DNA from: Chrysochromulina tobinii
Taxonomy: Eukaryota
Direction of reading: 5' to 3'
DNA length: 64,000 bases
Assembly (NCBI GenBank): GCA_001275005.1
Contig: JWZX01003143.1
Location: forward strand, 1 to 64,000
In this document: positions 63,901 to 64,000 of the stretch, in pieces
How the letters are laid out: each line of letters opens with the position of its first letter
Position numbering within the stretch: the stretch's first letter is position 1
Position numbers and translations under genes: made by a program
Notes under the pieces: model-generated
Database searches by the model: none
Told to the model about the DNA's origin: nothing
The model's input: the letters and a program-made list of their open reading frames with translations, nothing else

Positions 63901-64000
63901 TGCAAATTGCTCGGCGTTTTCACCTCCTGATCCGACAGCACCATCTAATGGCACCTCAGATGGCGGCATTCCGGAGGGTGGCATTCCAGCGTGCGGCGCC
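57994..64000 (-). CDS. Very large armadillo-repeat protein with C-terminal CAP-Gly domain (5' end may lie outside the window)
   Basis: Many GGIPPLV.LL...AA.AL..LA ARM repeats; [41 protein letters not shown] CAP-Gly. Frame is open to the window end. Confidence 0.9.
   Translation of the reverse strand, partial: [2001 protein letters not shown]

Overview
GC-rich, gene-dense eukaryotic algal DNA with GT-AG introns, centrin, NOL10, an ABCG transporter and an ARM-repeat protein. Its repeat motifs (gcaatcagcatgcaatca, gtggccatca, telomere-like introns) resemble haptophytes such as Chrysochromulina; that assignment is from recall and is not verified. There are about 26 protein-coding genes and no rRNA, tRNA or CRISPR. 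Main points: (1) an intronless bacterial-type glutamate--methylamine ligase (GmaS/GlnT) with a mitochondrial-type presequence, near a run of co-oriented small-molecule enzymes (2OG oxygenase, VTE3-like methyltransferase, PhyH dioxygenase, SDR/alpha-beta-hydrolase fusion). (2) A recurrent 'direct duplication + tandem-repeat filler' architecture that forms several introns and in-frame exonic inserts; two copies share an identical 18-nt terminus in opposite orientations. (3) Unusual domain architectures: histidine phosphatase + zeta-toxin-like kinase, PH-PTEN-C2, DM9 repeats + R-SNARE, SURP + 3x CysRS anticodon-binding domain, and ARM + CAP-Gly. (4) A KCNH/CNG-like channel lacking the GYG filter. 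(5) A 230-bp hAT-like MITE with an 8-bp TSD. Two genes have +1 frameshifts in G homopolymers, probably sequencing errors.
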